This document shows, one piece after another, positions 1-13,000 of a stretch of DNA of 64,000 bases. The notes beneath the pieces were generated by a model, which saw nothing but the letters and a program-made list of their open reading frames with translations, searched no databases and had not been told where the DNA came from. The number at the start of each line of letters is the position of its first letter. Positions within the stretch are counted from its first letter, which is position 1. The stretch spans positions 3,224,001 to 3,288,000 of the forward strand of contig NC_134036.1 in assembly GCF_964204645.1 (NCBI RefSeq). Direction: 5' to 3'. The position numbers were made by a program, and so were the translations under genes. The DNA is from Tubulanus polymorphus. Lineage: Eukaryota; Animalia; Nemertea.

Positions 1-84
1 GTCTAGCCTCAAACTAGCACCGGCCAAGCACGATTAAAAGTATCGAAATTTTTGTGAAAATAATGAATTGAGAAATGTTCTAAC

Positions 85-177
85 CTCTGGATTTAGTTCC
101 TCTGACGTCGGCTCCTCCTGAGAATGAGTTAGCGTCGCTGTCAACACCAGAATCAGCAGCAATAGCGTCTTTTTCAT
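85..177 (-). CDS. First coding exon of a secreted or membrane protein with a signal peptide; the gene continues past the window start
   Basis: ATG at 177 reads MKKTLLLLILVLTATLTHSQEEPTSEELNPE: a basic N-region, a hydrophobic core and a THS-Q cleavage-like site. It is followed by a phase-0 donor GAG|gttaga at 84. Confidence 0.6.
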
Positions 178-543
178 TGCGTATTTTCGGCGGACGGAGA
201 ATACGTGGCTAATGGACGCAGCCATGTTGGAAATGGTCCGGTTGAAACCTTTGCGCCATCTGCTTTGCTTGGCAGCTTCGATGGTTAATTGCTGGCAACC
301 ATTCAATTAGAAAATGGTTTCGCGCACCAATTCGCCATCTATCGAATATTTTACGAGATATTGCACTAGATCTATCGTTTCGGGTTCGGGAACTACATGT
401 AGTAGACCTTTCTCCTGATCGAGGCACTGTCCCCAATTTTGCCAAAATCTTAAACTATACTGCGCATTGGCTGGTGGGTGGAGAAGAGTGGCGTGGGTCA
501 CAACAAAATCGTTTTCTCCTACAATTTCAGGCCATAAACACCA

Positions 544-652
544 GGGCCGGTTTTATAGACTGGTATAACCTTTAACCCGGGGGCTAACTCAATTGACAAT
601 GAATTGAGTTAGCCCCCGGGTTAAAGGTTATACCAGTCTATAAAACCGGCCC
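544..652. mobile_element. Palindromic MITE, PIF/Harbinger-like
   Basis: Perfect ~51-bp inverted arms (gggccggttttatagactggtataacc...) around a 7-nt loop, with CAG-like flanks. A half copy lies at ~8820-8866. Confidence 0.7.
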
Positions 653-942
653 CAGGCTTCTTAATGAAAAGAATATGTCCTTCAAATAGCGATTTGGGAT
701 TTGCTTCTTTAAACCATAAGAGGTTTAGTTCAGAATCCTTCATATAGTAGAATCCATGCTTGATTCAAAAATGATTGCAGAATTGCCAAGAATAGAGAAT
801 CAGCGATATTCTCCGAAACGAGAAGTAGCATAAGTAAAATAAGCAGGAAATTTTACAGGAAAAATGTTTCTTTTTATTTTCAGGTTGAAATCGTTTTTTA
901 TGAGAACAGAATTAATCGACTTTTCATCCATATCATCATTTT

Positions 943-978
943 GAATAATAATTAATAAAAATAATAATTATAATTATG

Positions 979-1014
<36 letters not shown>
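943..1014. repeat. (AAT)n microsatellite
   Basis: aataataat... run seen directly. Confidence 0.9.
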
Positions 1015-1015
<1 letters not shown>

Positions 1016-1845
1016 TACATAGCACATATGCCACTCTTTACTGGCCATCACGACGCAAATTGATTAAGTTGACCGATGTAGTTCACAACATGCGGGACGA
1101 AGTGCTTGACAATACAGCAACTTGATTCCAGAATATATACACATCACCGACCAACTTTTTAAAAACATGTTCTTAAGGAAATTCAAGGGTTTTCATCGCC
1201 CCCTATACCCGCTAAAATCAGTAAACAGTTTTCCTTATTGCCCGAACGGAAACCACTAATCGATTTATAAAACAAATAGTTATGATGGACTGCTGCCAGA
1301 ACTTAAAACGCACGCAACGATACAAAATGGCACAAACCAATAAAAATGGCTGCCTCTATGATTCTTCCGATGACATCATTGAAAATAAAATTACAGTACA
1401 GAATTCAATTTAATGTCATAAGGAAAATAGTGGCATGGCAAGGGGAGGTGCACATACCCCTAAGATGTCAAATTGCCCTCAAATTTTATGGGAAAATGAA
1501 AAACATTAACTATAGAATATCAACTGTTTCAAAAATGAACTCAGTACTTTTCAAGGTAATGTTTCCAGTTGATCAGGTGGCCTTGTAATTATATGATAAT
1601 TATATTTTGAGGGTGCACCCTCCCTGAATCAGATCCTAACTCTGCGCCCCTGTATGGTAATAAGTTATGTCACAGGGGAATTCATGAAGGCAGCCATACG
1701 TTCAGAACCGGTCAATACATGTATGCTGCCCACATGAGTAAATGCCGCCTTTTCAGAAAACAATGAAAACCGTTTATAATTCATTCTATTTTGACATATG
1801 CATCATGTATGACCAACCTCTCGATTCTCAAGGCAGAGGGAAAAT

Positions 1846-2081
1846 CCAGGGGCGGATTTAGGGGGTGGTCTTGGGGGTCTGGACCACTGCCTTTCCATTG
1901 AGGTTGCCCTTTACGTTAAAACTGCAAATTTGACACTCTCTCAAAATGTGCATCTTTAAGGATGTATTTCTTCAAAAATATCTTAACACCGAGGGTGGGA
2001 CCCTCGGACTGCTTTATCCAAAAAATGCCTTTTCTCTTTATCTGGACCCCCGGCGTTCTTTTTTCCCCAGATCCGCCTCTG
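1846..2081. mobile_element. Non-autonomous DNA transposon (MITE) with CAGGGGCGGAT-type termini
   Basis: caggggcggattta at the left end and agatccgcctctg at the right end are imperfect inverted termini. A similar terminus occurs at ~5847. Confidence 0.45.
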
Positions 2082-4086
2082 AAATATTTTGTAGATGAAC
2101 TAGAAAAATGATGATTGTCCGAATTTATTTTTGCCTTAGTTAAAAACAAACACTGTTTACCTATGAATCGATGGCCGATAATTTTGGTCACCGTCTGACT
2201 AAAACCTGATTCAAATGTACAATCGATATTCTATACCCCAAATATCTCTCGCTGAAATTTACAAATGTACACCTACTACGAAGAGAACTGGGCTCCTAAA
2301 GTTGTTATCTACAAATACCTTGCAATTTTTAAGTCATTTATTAAGTGGTGTAATGGTAACCAGCACCGTATTGTTTTTAGATAATTCCGTAGCGCATAAA
2401 ATTACCATTAATTGAATTAAATATTTACGATAGGCGCAATGAGTGAAATTAAAGTCATTTAAGATTTCGGCCATTGGACTTATGGAAAATACTATCGAAT
2501 TAAACTTAACTCGAACATAATTTTTCTTACTTTTTGCGCCAATTCCTTTAAACCGACTCGATTTCAATTATATTAAAATTACTGTAATGCGCCTCGATTG
2601 AACTTAACAAATTCTATCTACATCGACTTAATTTCTACAAAAAAGAAAAATTTTTTCCATTCAAGATTTACATATTTACACTTCAGAAAATTGAAGAAAT
2701 GCATTTTAAATATTATTCGCTATCATTAGTCAATCATCAACCATCGAACATTTTTCTATTGATAGATGCGCTCTGGTGCATGCTGCCATCTGTTGGACAG
2801 CGAGGAAACAAGTCACCTCGTTCAGGCGAAAGGTACTTTCATGTGTATGGTATCGCCATCTGCAGCTTAACACCAAACGCTTGCTGTGTACAGATTTTGA
2901 TGCTTGTGGAAACAGAATAATTCAAAATTTGAGGACAGAATTTGTATAAGCATTTGATAACTTGATATAACCATTTCAAACTAGAAATTTCCAAGTAAAC
3001 TGTAGGAAGAAGATTTTCACACGATATTGAACAAGTTTCCAAAATATAAAATTTGAACTTATATAGCAGTACCTCGAGCAAAAACGAAATCTGACCTCCC
3101 CATCCAACCACAAACTAGCGCAATTCATAATGGGGTACCGGCACTCACCGGTGGCGCCACTTAACACTGGGTCCTTCGATGAACTTTTAACTTTATTTTT
3201 AACGTTAGGCTTCCAAATTTGAAAACTATCAAACGAGTCATTGGATAGATATAAGATTCACTTTTCACTCAGTGTTTTACAAAGCTGAAAATTGAGTTTA
3301 ATTGAAATGTAGAAGGAAAACCCAGTGCCACTAGCACCACCTGGCGGATTATCCCTGAATCCTCGCTTGCCACAGTAGCATTGCCGGTACACCATTAGAT
3401 TCATCAAAATCAAAGATGAACTTTGTTTCTTCGTTGCAATCATCGTTAGTAAAAACACTAATTAATTAATAATCGATTTCCCCGATTGTTTATTATTTGA
3501 GGTGGGATTTGTATTACGCTGTATTTTTGTTTTTATAAACCCTGAGAGAATTACACAATATAGACATCATCGTCGTCGTCAGTTATATTTACAACAGAAA
3601 TAAAAAGTATCCAGATCAACCCGCGCACCGAGCTAACCCTTGCGCAGGCGCCGCCTGGTGGCGGGTTAATCGAAAAATTGAAAACAGTTTTTTCATTAAT
3701 TATCTATTACACAATCCACATTATTTCACACATTTTTGCGTCAGTCGCGATTTCGGTAAATCCGTTTTTCGTCTACACGTATTTCTTTTAAATGCATTGG
3801 CCACCAACGTTAAAGGGTTCACTCGAAAATTACCCTCATTCTACGTCAACCGACATTCCCTCGTTCAACCGAGGTTTACTCCGAATAACCCGTTCTAAAA
3901 ACAGTGCCACGTGAGTAAGAATGTAACTCCGATAAAATTGATGTTTAAGGCCCAGTCCCTCGCAGAAATCAACCTTCGAGCAATTGGGCTCTCTAGACTC
4001 AAACCCTCTAGACACATTCACCCGAGCCAATCATAAATAAATAAAAACGATTGCGACGCTCTCCGCAGCTGCGCTGATTCGTCGTA

Positions 4087-7000
4087 TCACCTCTGCACGT
4101 GCAGTAGAATCTCGATCCAACACGGACACGACATTATAAACTGTCGCGAGTACGTCGAGCCCCAACCCTTTGCGAAACTGACGCGCACCGCGTAGCCGTC
4201 GTACGGGCCGTCGAGCGAACGCGGGTCGCGCGCGCATTCCAACAACAGCGCCATCTCGTAGTCGAACACCTTCACCGCGTGGCCGGCGGCGACTTTGTGA
4301 ACGGTGAACGTCCGAGCGCTAGGCGGCGCCGTCGGTTCCATCGTCGGCGAATTAACGAACACGGCGTGCGCCGACCGATTATAAACCCACACGCCATCTG
4401 TCTCTTTACTCAGTACTAACCCGTGTCCGATTTTCTCGCGAGTTCGTTTGATATTTTCGAGCGTCGCCGGACTGTTGACGACGCCGACGTCGGCGACCGA
4501 GCATCGACCGGTGGCGCCACCACCACAGGAGCCGCCCGACGACTCCGAGTCCTGTAAAACGGCCAGGCACATACCGTCGCCGCGCGGCAACTGTTGAAAT
4601 ATGTTGACGCTCTGTTCGGTAACCGTGTACAGACGACCGACGCGCTGTCGATTCTCCCAGTAAGCCACATTACACCAGAACCGTCGATAAGTTCCGTCCT
4701 GAGATTGACTTTCACCTGAAAAATACATACAGCACAAATATTAATTAATCACTTTTTTTCGTACAAATATCATATTTCCAATGATGCATACATTATAGCA
4801 GTTTATTTTCAATAGTAATAGTGATAGTGCAATAGTAATTTCTCTTGCGCCCTTTTTACTGTGATACTATGTTCAACGTTGTTTTCTATTAAATCAGTAT
4901 TATAACCCCGTCCTATAACTCTAGCCATTTATCAGTCATCTCTACCCGGGGAAAAGTTTGCTAGGTGCTCAGGAGTCATCTATCAGGCCAGGTACCTGTT
5001 TACTCCTGGGTGGAGAGAGGCAATGAGGATAAGCGCTTTGCCCAGGGACGAGTACGGGTAACGTACAGGGTTCGAACCCACGGCTTCCTGGCCACTCGCC
5101 CACACTGCTTGCTCAGGCAAAATCAACGTTGGTAAATTGAAATATATATTGTGAAGAGCTTCGAGATTGTTCGAATGTAATGCACTTTTTACTAATAACT
5201 TATTATCATCATCAACATACAAAACTTTTCTCGAAGAAGAAGAGATGGAACAATGACAGAAACACGAAGACAACATCGAAAAGCATTTAGATAAAAATCA
5301 ACAAGAGGAAGTTAAAATGCATTCGGATGCATTGAGAACTTGGCGACATGGCCATGATCAATCCAGCCAAAAAACGCTCTTTTGCAAAGACTTTGAAAGC
5401 ACCACACCATGCTTAAAGACTGTATCGAAATGAAAATCCAGCTGAACCCATCATCTTTCGCTAAGATTTTCTAAAAGAAAGAACATAGAAAATTCTACAA
5501 TGCCAAAAGCGATGCTGATTCTTTAGAGCGGAGGAATGAATACACGTCGCGAGGCTCTTTTGATTAACGAGTTATTTGTTTCAACTGTATGTTGTGGATT
5601 AAGGACTGGGATCGAGGTCGACGCCTCATTTTTGTAGCTGCTTAAGAGAGTTGATCGTCATCTATACTGCCTCCTTACGAGACGTGTCAATGATGGCGGT
5701 TAATCTTAGTTAATCTAACAGCATCAGCGTGATAAGAGTGATGATATATATATATCTACATATTGTAGAATGTGGGAGATAGAATCGAGTATCAATGAAA
5801 AGAAAAATCGTATTCAAGAAAAGATAATAGCGAGAGATACCTAAGTCAGGGGTGGATCCAGGGGGACTTGAGAGACTTGCATAAGTCTATAAAACTTTTT
5901 TGAGTGCCCATATCAACAAAAGATAATTGGTCCATTTCAGTGAGGTAGAGGCCCTGGTATTGCCTATTTGCACATCTAAGTTAGTATTGGCCCCTCTGTG
6001 TGTGGAAGTTCATTTAATTGGACATCAAAGTATTCTTTGGCATTTTCGAGGAATCAGGGATTCGTAGAGACCTTGAGTATCCTTACAGCTCGAGTTCATA
6101 TGACAGGAATACTTTACCAGTGGCATTCTCACGAAATATCCTCATCGTCAAATGTATCGCTTTAAGAGAGGATGGGAACCACATGACCGAGAGGAGAGCA
6201 AAACACGAAACAACCGGTTTCATTTTTAAATTTCCCTCTTATAGTCTATTAACATATGTAGAAACCGAGTCAAGTTTGTTATTTTTCATAAAACAAACTA
6301 ACACTGATACTTTTTCACAACTCGCAGCGCTCAGCAGATGCGATCGTTTAAATCGGCCATTATTATGTGGCTTTTCTACATTAGAATTCTACTGTTTAGA
6401 TAAAAATTTACTATTCGCATAAACAGGGGACGATCTGGAAAAATTGGAAGGCGCCGAGTTCCAGAAAAAAAGAAAGGGCATTGCTACGATATAGCAGCCA
6501 TGGCCTCTGTGGTGTTAGATACTTTTGAAGAAATAAACGCGAAAAGATGCAATTTCAAAGACGATGAGTGCCAAATTAACAGTCAGGTTTTCACCCAATC
6601 CTGTCTTGACGAATAGGACAACCTCGATGGGACAACAAGGCTGTCGAGACCGACCCCCAAAATCTGCCTCTGATAAAAGCGAACTTTTTTTTGCACGAGA
6701 CGAGTCTAATCTATCGACTAATGAGTATAGAGGGTTAACAGGAGACAGTGTTCGGTTCTGCTCGGCGATGTCGTCGCCGCCACCGACGGTTCGGGGGATA
6801 ATTGGAGTCGCTGTGTATAATTGAGTTGTTTGTCTAATCGCGGAATAGTTTTTGAACGCCGGTTTATTCACGGCTCGGCTCCAGTCCGCTCGGAGCTGGT
6901 ATTATGCTGATCAGCAAGTGTGGTGCCTCTAAGTCTGTTCTTACAATAGAGCAGAGCTATACCACCACTGCCACCGCTCACCACCAAGGCTGAACGCGTA

Positions 7001-10000
7001 TATACATATGTATAAACTCATAGGCTTCAAAACCCTTTCTTCAATTCATATATACTTATACACATATTCTGTAATATAAGTTTCATGTTTTTCTTTCCGA
7101 ATAGATATTTCGTTTAAAAACCTTAAACCTGTCCCACCTATTGCTTTGATATAATCTGCGAATGGTGGTCACCGGCATTATTGTTAGTTCCGATAAAGGT
7201 TCAATGTAAAACTCTCCCACACCGACCGCCTCAACTTTACATCCCTGCTTCTCGAAAATAATTTCTTCATCAATTTTCTCTCATTATAGCAACTTGTTGT
7301 ATTTGTAAGTCATGTCAATGTAAAGTAATTATTCAGTATGTCCTCTCTGTCTTTGTTTATGGGATGTTGTTGCTCAAGTCTGTTAGCTTCCACGCAGGCA
7401 GGAGATAAAACTTAAAGAAGACTTTAAAAGATTCACTTTTAGTCTTATGATATATACATGTATATCAAAGGTATTTTAAAAAAGATATTTGAAGGTATTT
7501 TCCATTTAATTTTCAGATAGATCCAAAAGAAGGCAAGAAGCACTTTGCTGAAGCTATGAAATAAATGATTTAATATACAATGTATCGGAATCAATGTTAG
7601 TGTCAACTTGATAAACTAAACTAAAACTTACAACATTTTTTCACAATTATTGATTTAGCATTAAGCTTTGCAGAAGAATACCACCAAAGTCAAACTGAGG
7701 GCCCAGCCTACCCTAGAGCCAATGAAAGCTGGTTACCTGTGGTACCCTGTGCCCTATCTATTGAATGCAAGGTCTATGGTACCTACGTTTCAAGTACAGC
7801 TTTTCTTACAAACGAGGGGCCGCAGTTGCTCTGAAGTTTGTTAAAGCTTTGGAAGTTTTCTGAGTTAACTAAGTAGATAGTTGATGTAGTGACAATATTA
7901 AAAGTTCATTGCAACTATGGCATTTATCCGCTGGTTATCTTCAAGCAACTTTTGAGCAACTGCAGCACCTGATCCAAGAAATTAGACAAATTCAATGTCA
8001 ATCTAAGCGTCACTGTGGATCATCAATCGAAAATTTTTGTCCAGTTTTTAAAGTTCAATATATCAAGGTTAACCCTGGCCGATTCTATTCTTACGCTGAA
8101 TTCTTTCAAGACATGGAAGACATGACAGCTAAATAAAACTAGGCCTCCAGAAAAAAAAAAACCAAACGGAGAGTAACTCGCTGATTAATTTCCAAGATAT
8201 ATTCATAGGTACGTACGAACATGTACGACTAATAAATTACACCGAACAGTCGGGTGATAATCACGCGAGAGACGAGTCTTTATCCGATTAACAATGACAA
8301 TATACCTCGTCGTCGTCGACGACGCTGATCTCGGCATCTGATAACGCGAGCGAGCACCGGTGACAACAACAACAAAACCCGCCGAACACCGAGATAGCGA
8401 TCTACGGCACGGCGGCGGCGGCGTCCGGGCGACGGCGCGACGCGGCCGCCGAGCCGATCAAACACAGGCGTCTACGCGTCGTCTTGTCGATCGTCGACGC
8501 GATAAGAAACGTCGTCGACGACGATGACGACCGAGTCGATACATTTGAATCGAACGAGCGAGCCGACCGAGGCTCCGTCGAGACGCCATCGCTGATAGTC
8601 GTCGTGTCTGTCGCTGTCATTCATAACTTTAGTGAATACAACATGTATATATGTATTATCATTACATACATTACAATGAATTTTATCAATTTGTTGCTTC
8701 ATGAAACTGAATCATCCTTAACACTTAGTCATAACATCGATCTGTCTCCAACAACAATCTGCGTATCTCTAAGGCGACCTGATTCCTCCTGACACCTTGT
8801 CTTATCTGAACTTCCGTGACCGGCTTTATAGACTGGTATTATTACCTTTAACCCAGGGGCTAACTTCATCAGGGTGGCCGCTTTTATTTGACTCGCTATG
8901 TTCCCCACACTATTCCCTGACATGCGCGTTGTTTTCCCTGACTTGATCAGCTAAGAATCCGATCGATCGATTGACGCACAGTCAAATACGTAAAACATAG
9001 ACATTAACATAAACATAGTCAAATACGTAAGACATAGACGGAAACTGCTTCATGTTACGTGTAATCTAGCAATCTCAACAAATTTCCATGACTTTTCCTT
9101 GATCTTTAGCTGTTTTTAACACAATTCCCTGATTATTCCCAGACTTTTTAAAGAAAAGAAGATTCCCTGACATTTCCCTGATTTTTTTTCCTTAAATTTA
9201 TGCATATACTTCTAACGGAATAAGAATGTTATAAAATCTGTGTAAATAAACATTGCAAGTGAATTTCATATATGAAGCTACCGCATTGCAACAACTGATT
9301 CCGTTCGTGAATTCAACACTAAAGAATGAAACAATTAGTTTTTATGATGCTGTTTCCGATGCCGCTCGGATAGAAGCGAATTCAATTCTATCAAATTTCA
9401 ACTGGCTTCCACTGAATAAACTAAGCGTTAACACAGTTAAACAACGACGGTTTATCTTCATGAATTCAATACGTTTTTTCCTAAACGTTCTAAAACTTTT
9501 ACTAAACGTCTCATAATGAATTGTGAATTGTTCCTCTTTTTATGCCATGTAATTTTGAAATGCAAAATAAATTCACTGAACGCATCGAAGCCGCTTAATT
9601 TTCGCGAAGCGTGAAAAACTGTCGGTTATCGACGGAACGGAAATGAAATGGTTAACTATCAGTTTATAGCCGAGAAGGTGAAGGTATAAACGATGTTTAT
9701 TCAAGTAGAATTCCTGCCTCATCAACTCTTAATAGGCAGCATTCTTCATTCTTTACATCCCACTCGCTGTTCTCTCCTTCTCTCTCAGCGAGCGCTGGCT
9801 CAATCACTCACTCGCCACAGTCGCCGCATTCTACACACGCCTCGCTATAGTGCAAACCTTAAAAACCGCGGCCGAACTCTACAGCTGATGTTAGAGTCCA
9901 GTTCGGTAGTTCGGCATGGTAGATGCTAGATATTATTTTATTCAATCTTATTACCACCTCGTAGTAAAATAAACACGAAATGAGCTTATGAGCTAAGAAA

Positions 10001-13000
10001 ATTTATGCAACCTTTGAAACTGAGGTTTGGACCCAGAGAAACAACTGTGGAACTGTGTCTAGAGACAAATTAAACCCGCACAGCTGTGGAACTGGGTCCA
10101 GAGACAAATTAAACCCACACAACTGTGGAACTGGGTCCAGAGACAAATTAAACCCACACAACTGTGGGGCTGGGTCCAGAGACAAATTAAACCCACACAA
10201 CTGTGGAACTTGGACGTAATTTCTAAATCTAAAATATTCCCTCTGTGGCCACTGAATGTACACTCTACGCGCATACAGTCAGCCCTCTTCAATCTAACCT
10301 AACGCCGACCCCTTTTCGCATATCAATAAAACACGGCCCTAAAATCCTTCTACACTTTTGAAGCCATGCGACCTTTTACTTGAAATAATTATATGTCACA
10401 ACGCGCGAAGCAAAAATACTTGACCTCAGGGGCTTTCTATGTAGGGCAATTGTGTTGTGTAGCGATTAAGAGATACACGGTAGATAGACCTACTAGCATG
10501 CCAGGGGCTACTTCTTCAACTGGGAGTACAAGAGAGGCTTTGTTCTCGTAGTTGGGGCAGGGAGGCGAGGGGAGGGTGGATGCGGCTGCTTTTATAGAAT
10601 AGTTGGTGGCTATTTAGAACCAGGCGATGTAGAATAATACAATGTATCTAGTATTCAATGTAAAGACGATGGATGTACTATTCACGATGTACGCACTTTA
10701 CACTGGAGAAAACTGATTCGGAGACTTTTCAAAGTATTTGCTGCAACTGACCAGTAAAACGAAGATAAAAAATCTTCCAGGCGAGGACCTGAACAGATCT
10801 GAATCATGGAATGTCTAATATCTGGTGTTTGTAGTTCATTTTCAAAAAAAAAATGTCTCAGGTGAAGTACTGAACACATGTGAAGTGTGGACGATCAGTT
10901 TTTGAAATAGTGCCGATAAAATGTCCAATATCTGGTTTTTGTAGTTCATTTTCAATTAGAAATGTCTCAGGTGAAGTACTGAACACATGTGAAGTGTGGA
11001 CGATCATAAATTCGAAAAATCCACTATCACAGATTGAATTTTCAACTAAAAATCCAATAAACCTCCCGTTTCAATACTGGCAAGTGCGGTGGGTTCGTAA
11101 GGGACATCAAATCATAAACAAATCACGCGAAATCTACCAATCAAATGAATTATAGTGACAATCCGTATTTTAAGATCAAAATCCAATAAGTACAGATTGT
11201 ATACGGAATCCGGGAAGGTTAATAGCTCCGCGCGAACATTTCGGTTATCGCCCCCCCCTCAGATTTATATTCATACAACTCGAGTGAAGAGTGGAATTGG
11301 ACTGCAGCAGCGACGAGGTATTCACTCGACTCGGTCAACCGTATGTCGTTCGTTCGGTTCCTCGTTCACCGCGAGTATTGTCCTCTACGACGGACAATAC
11401 GACCCCCGCGAGGTCGAGGAAATTTCGTCGACCACGAAATTGTAGGTCGCGCGGAGCCGTCGAACGGAAACCTGATCCGCGCGTAATTGCGGCGTTTGTG
11501 CGGATAATTTCGGCGGCCGGCCGGCGTTATCGGACGAGGGGATCGTCGATTGATAGAATGAATATTCGTCCGTCTGTTCAAAAATTTGAAGATCGCGTAA
11601 AATGCATAACTCGCATCAAAATACTTTTACGATAACAGGTTTTAGAGAGGCGGCCACCCCTTTTATTTCTACAGCCATCCCTTATAAAATATCTGCTGTC
11701 CCTACCAGAGTGGATGTCAATATTCTATCAATGCTGATTATTGAAATATATTAAGCTAATGTGAAAAATAGACGATTGAACCAAAATCAAGCATAGATTT
11801 TCTGTATTCGTTGGGGGGGGTCAAACGCCTCGCTCCTTCAACGACGTCGCCCCTAAACCCAGAACGCAGGATGTATAGAATCTAATTTATGGATTCTCGT
11901 AAAAATGTCAGAAGGGTAATGAAAGAGAGGACATTCATTGAAACAAGCGCTGGTATGTCAGTAAGCCAAGCGGGATCCCGGTAAGCAGCCCCGGTAAGCA
12001 GCCCCTCATCGACCGTCGAGCGAAAACATGCCCTGGCAAGCGAGCGAAGATCTCGGCCGGCCGCCGCCGCCGCTGTGTGAAACTGACACTGGCAATGTAG
12101 GGATTCCTGATGATATACAAGGTAAACAGCCAGTAAGACTACGGAATGCCGCGTGATAAGAACCGTGGCACCAAAGTAGCTTTGCACACACACATTGCCA
12201 GAGCAGACTGGAGCCAGAGTTAAAAGTAACCAGCGAGAGATGGAGAGAGAGAGAGAGGAGCAGGGAGAGAGAGAGAAAGAGAAAGAGTTGAACCAATATT
12301 GTATACACGAATATGATACAGTTTCTGTCCGCCTCGCCACAGGAAGTATTACACAATACAAAAACATCTCCGTTTATTTTAAAAAGACTTTTCTCAATAA
12401 GCAACATTTTTTGAAAAAAAGACACTTTCAGCAGGCGCAGTGGGAAACAATGTAGAATTCAGAAGGAATCTAACAGGGTCCGGGGCTACAGATCATTACT
12501 GGATATAAGGAGTTTCAAAGGAGAAAATTCCTAATTTGCGCCTGCATCGCTTTACAAGTAGACTCCTCCTAAATTGGTACTGTTCATCTCGGTAAACCAT
12601 TAATTCAGCGGTTTTGTTAGCAGATGCTTATTCTTTAGACTAACCAACTTCGGTTTCTAATTCGGTAACCGCCTAATTGGGTAAAAATAAATCCTGGTCC
12701 CAACACTACCAATATAGGTGTAATCTAATAAAGATTTTCTAGTTGCCTATTTCTCAAAATCAAAGGAGTTTTAAAGCAGTTTCTTCAGGCATTTTGCTCG
12801 AAGTCAAGGAGTTTCAAGAATCTTAAAGAAACATTTTTCGTTTAGGAGTTTTTAAATGAATCAAGGAATCGTAGAGGCCCTGTGTGAGCTAGGCATAAAA
12901 ACCATTGGGTAAAGGGAGGAAAATTTGAAATGGAATTCCTCAAATTGATTGAATATTCGATATACAATGACGACGACGTTTGCAAAAATCGTTTAAAAAC

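Noticed and set aside
544-652. Perfect hairpin as a miRNA or hpRNA precursor
   Set aside because: The arms are perfect with GGGCC termini and a second partial copy exists in the window, which indicates a MITE. There is no G:U bias.
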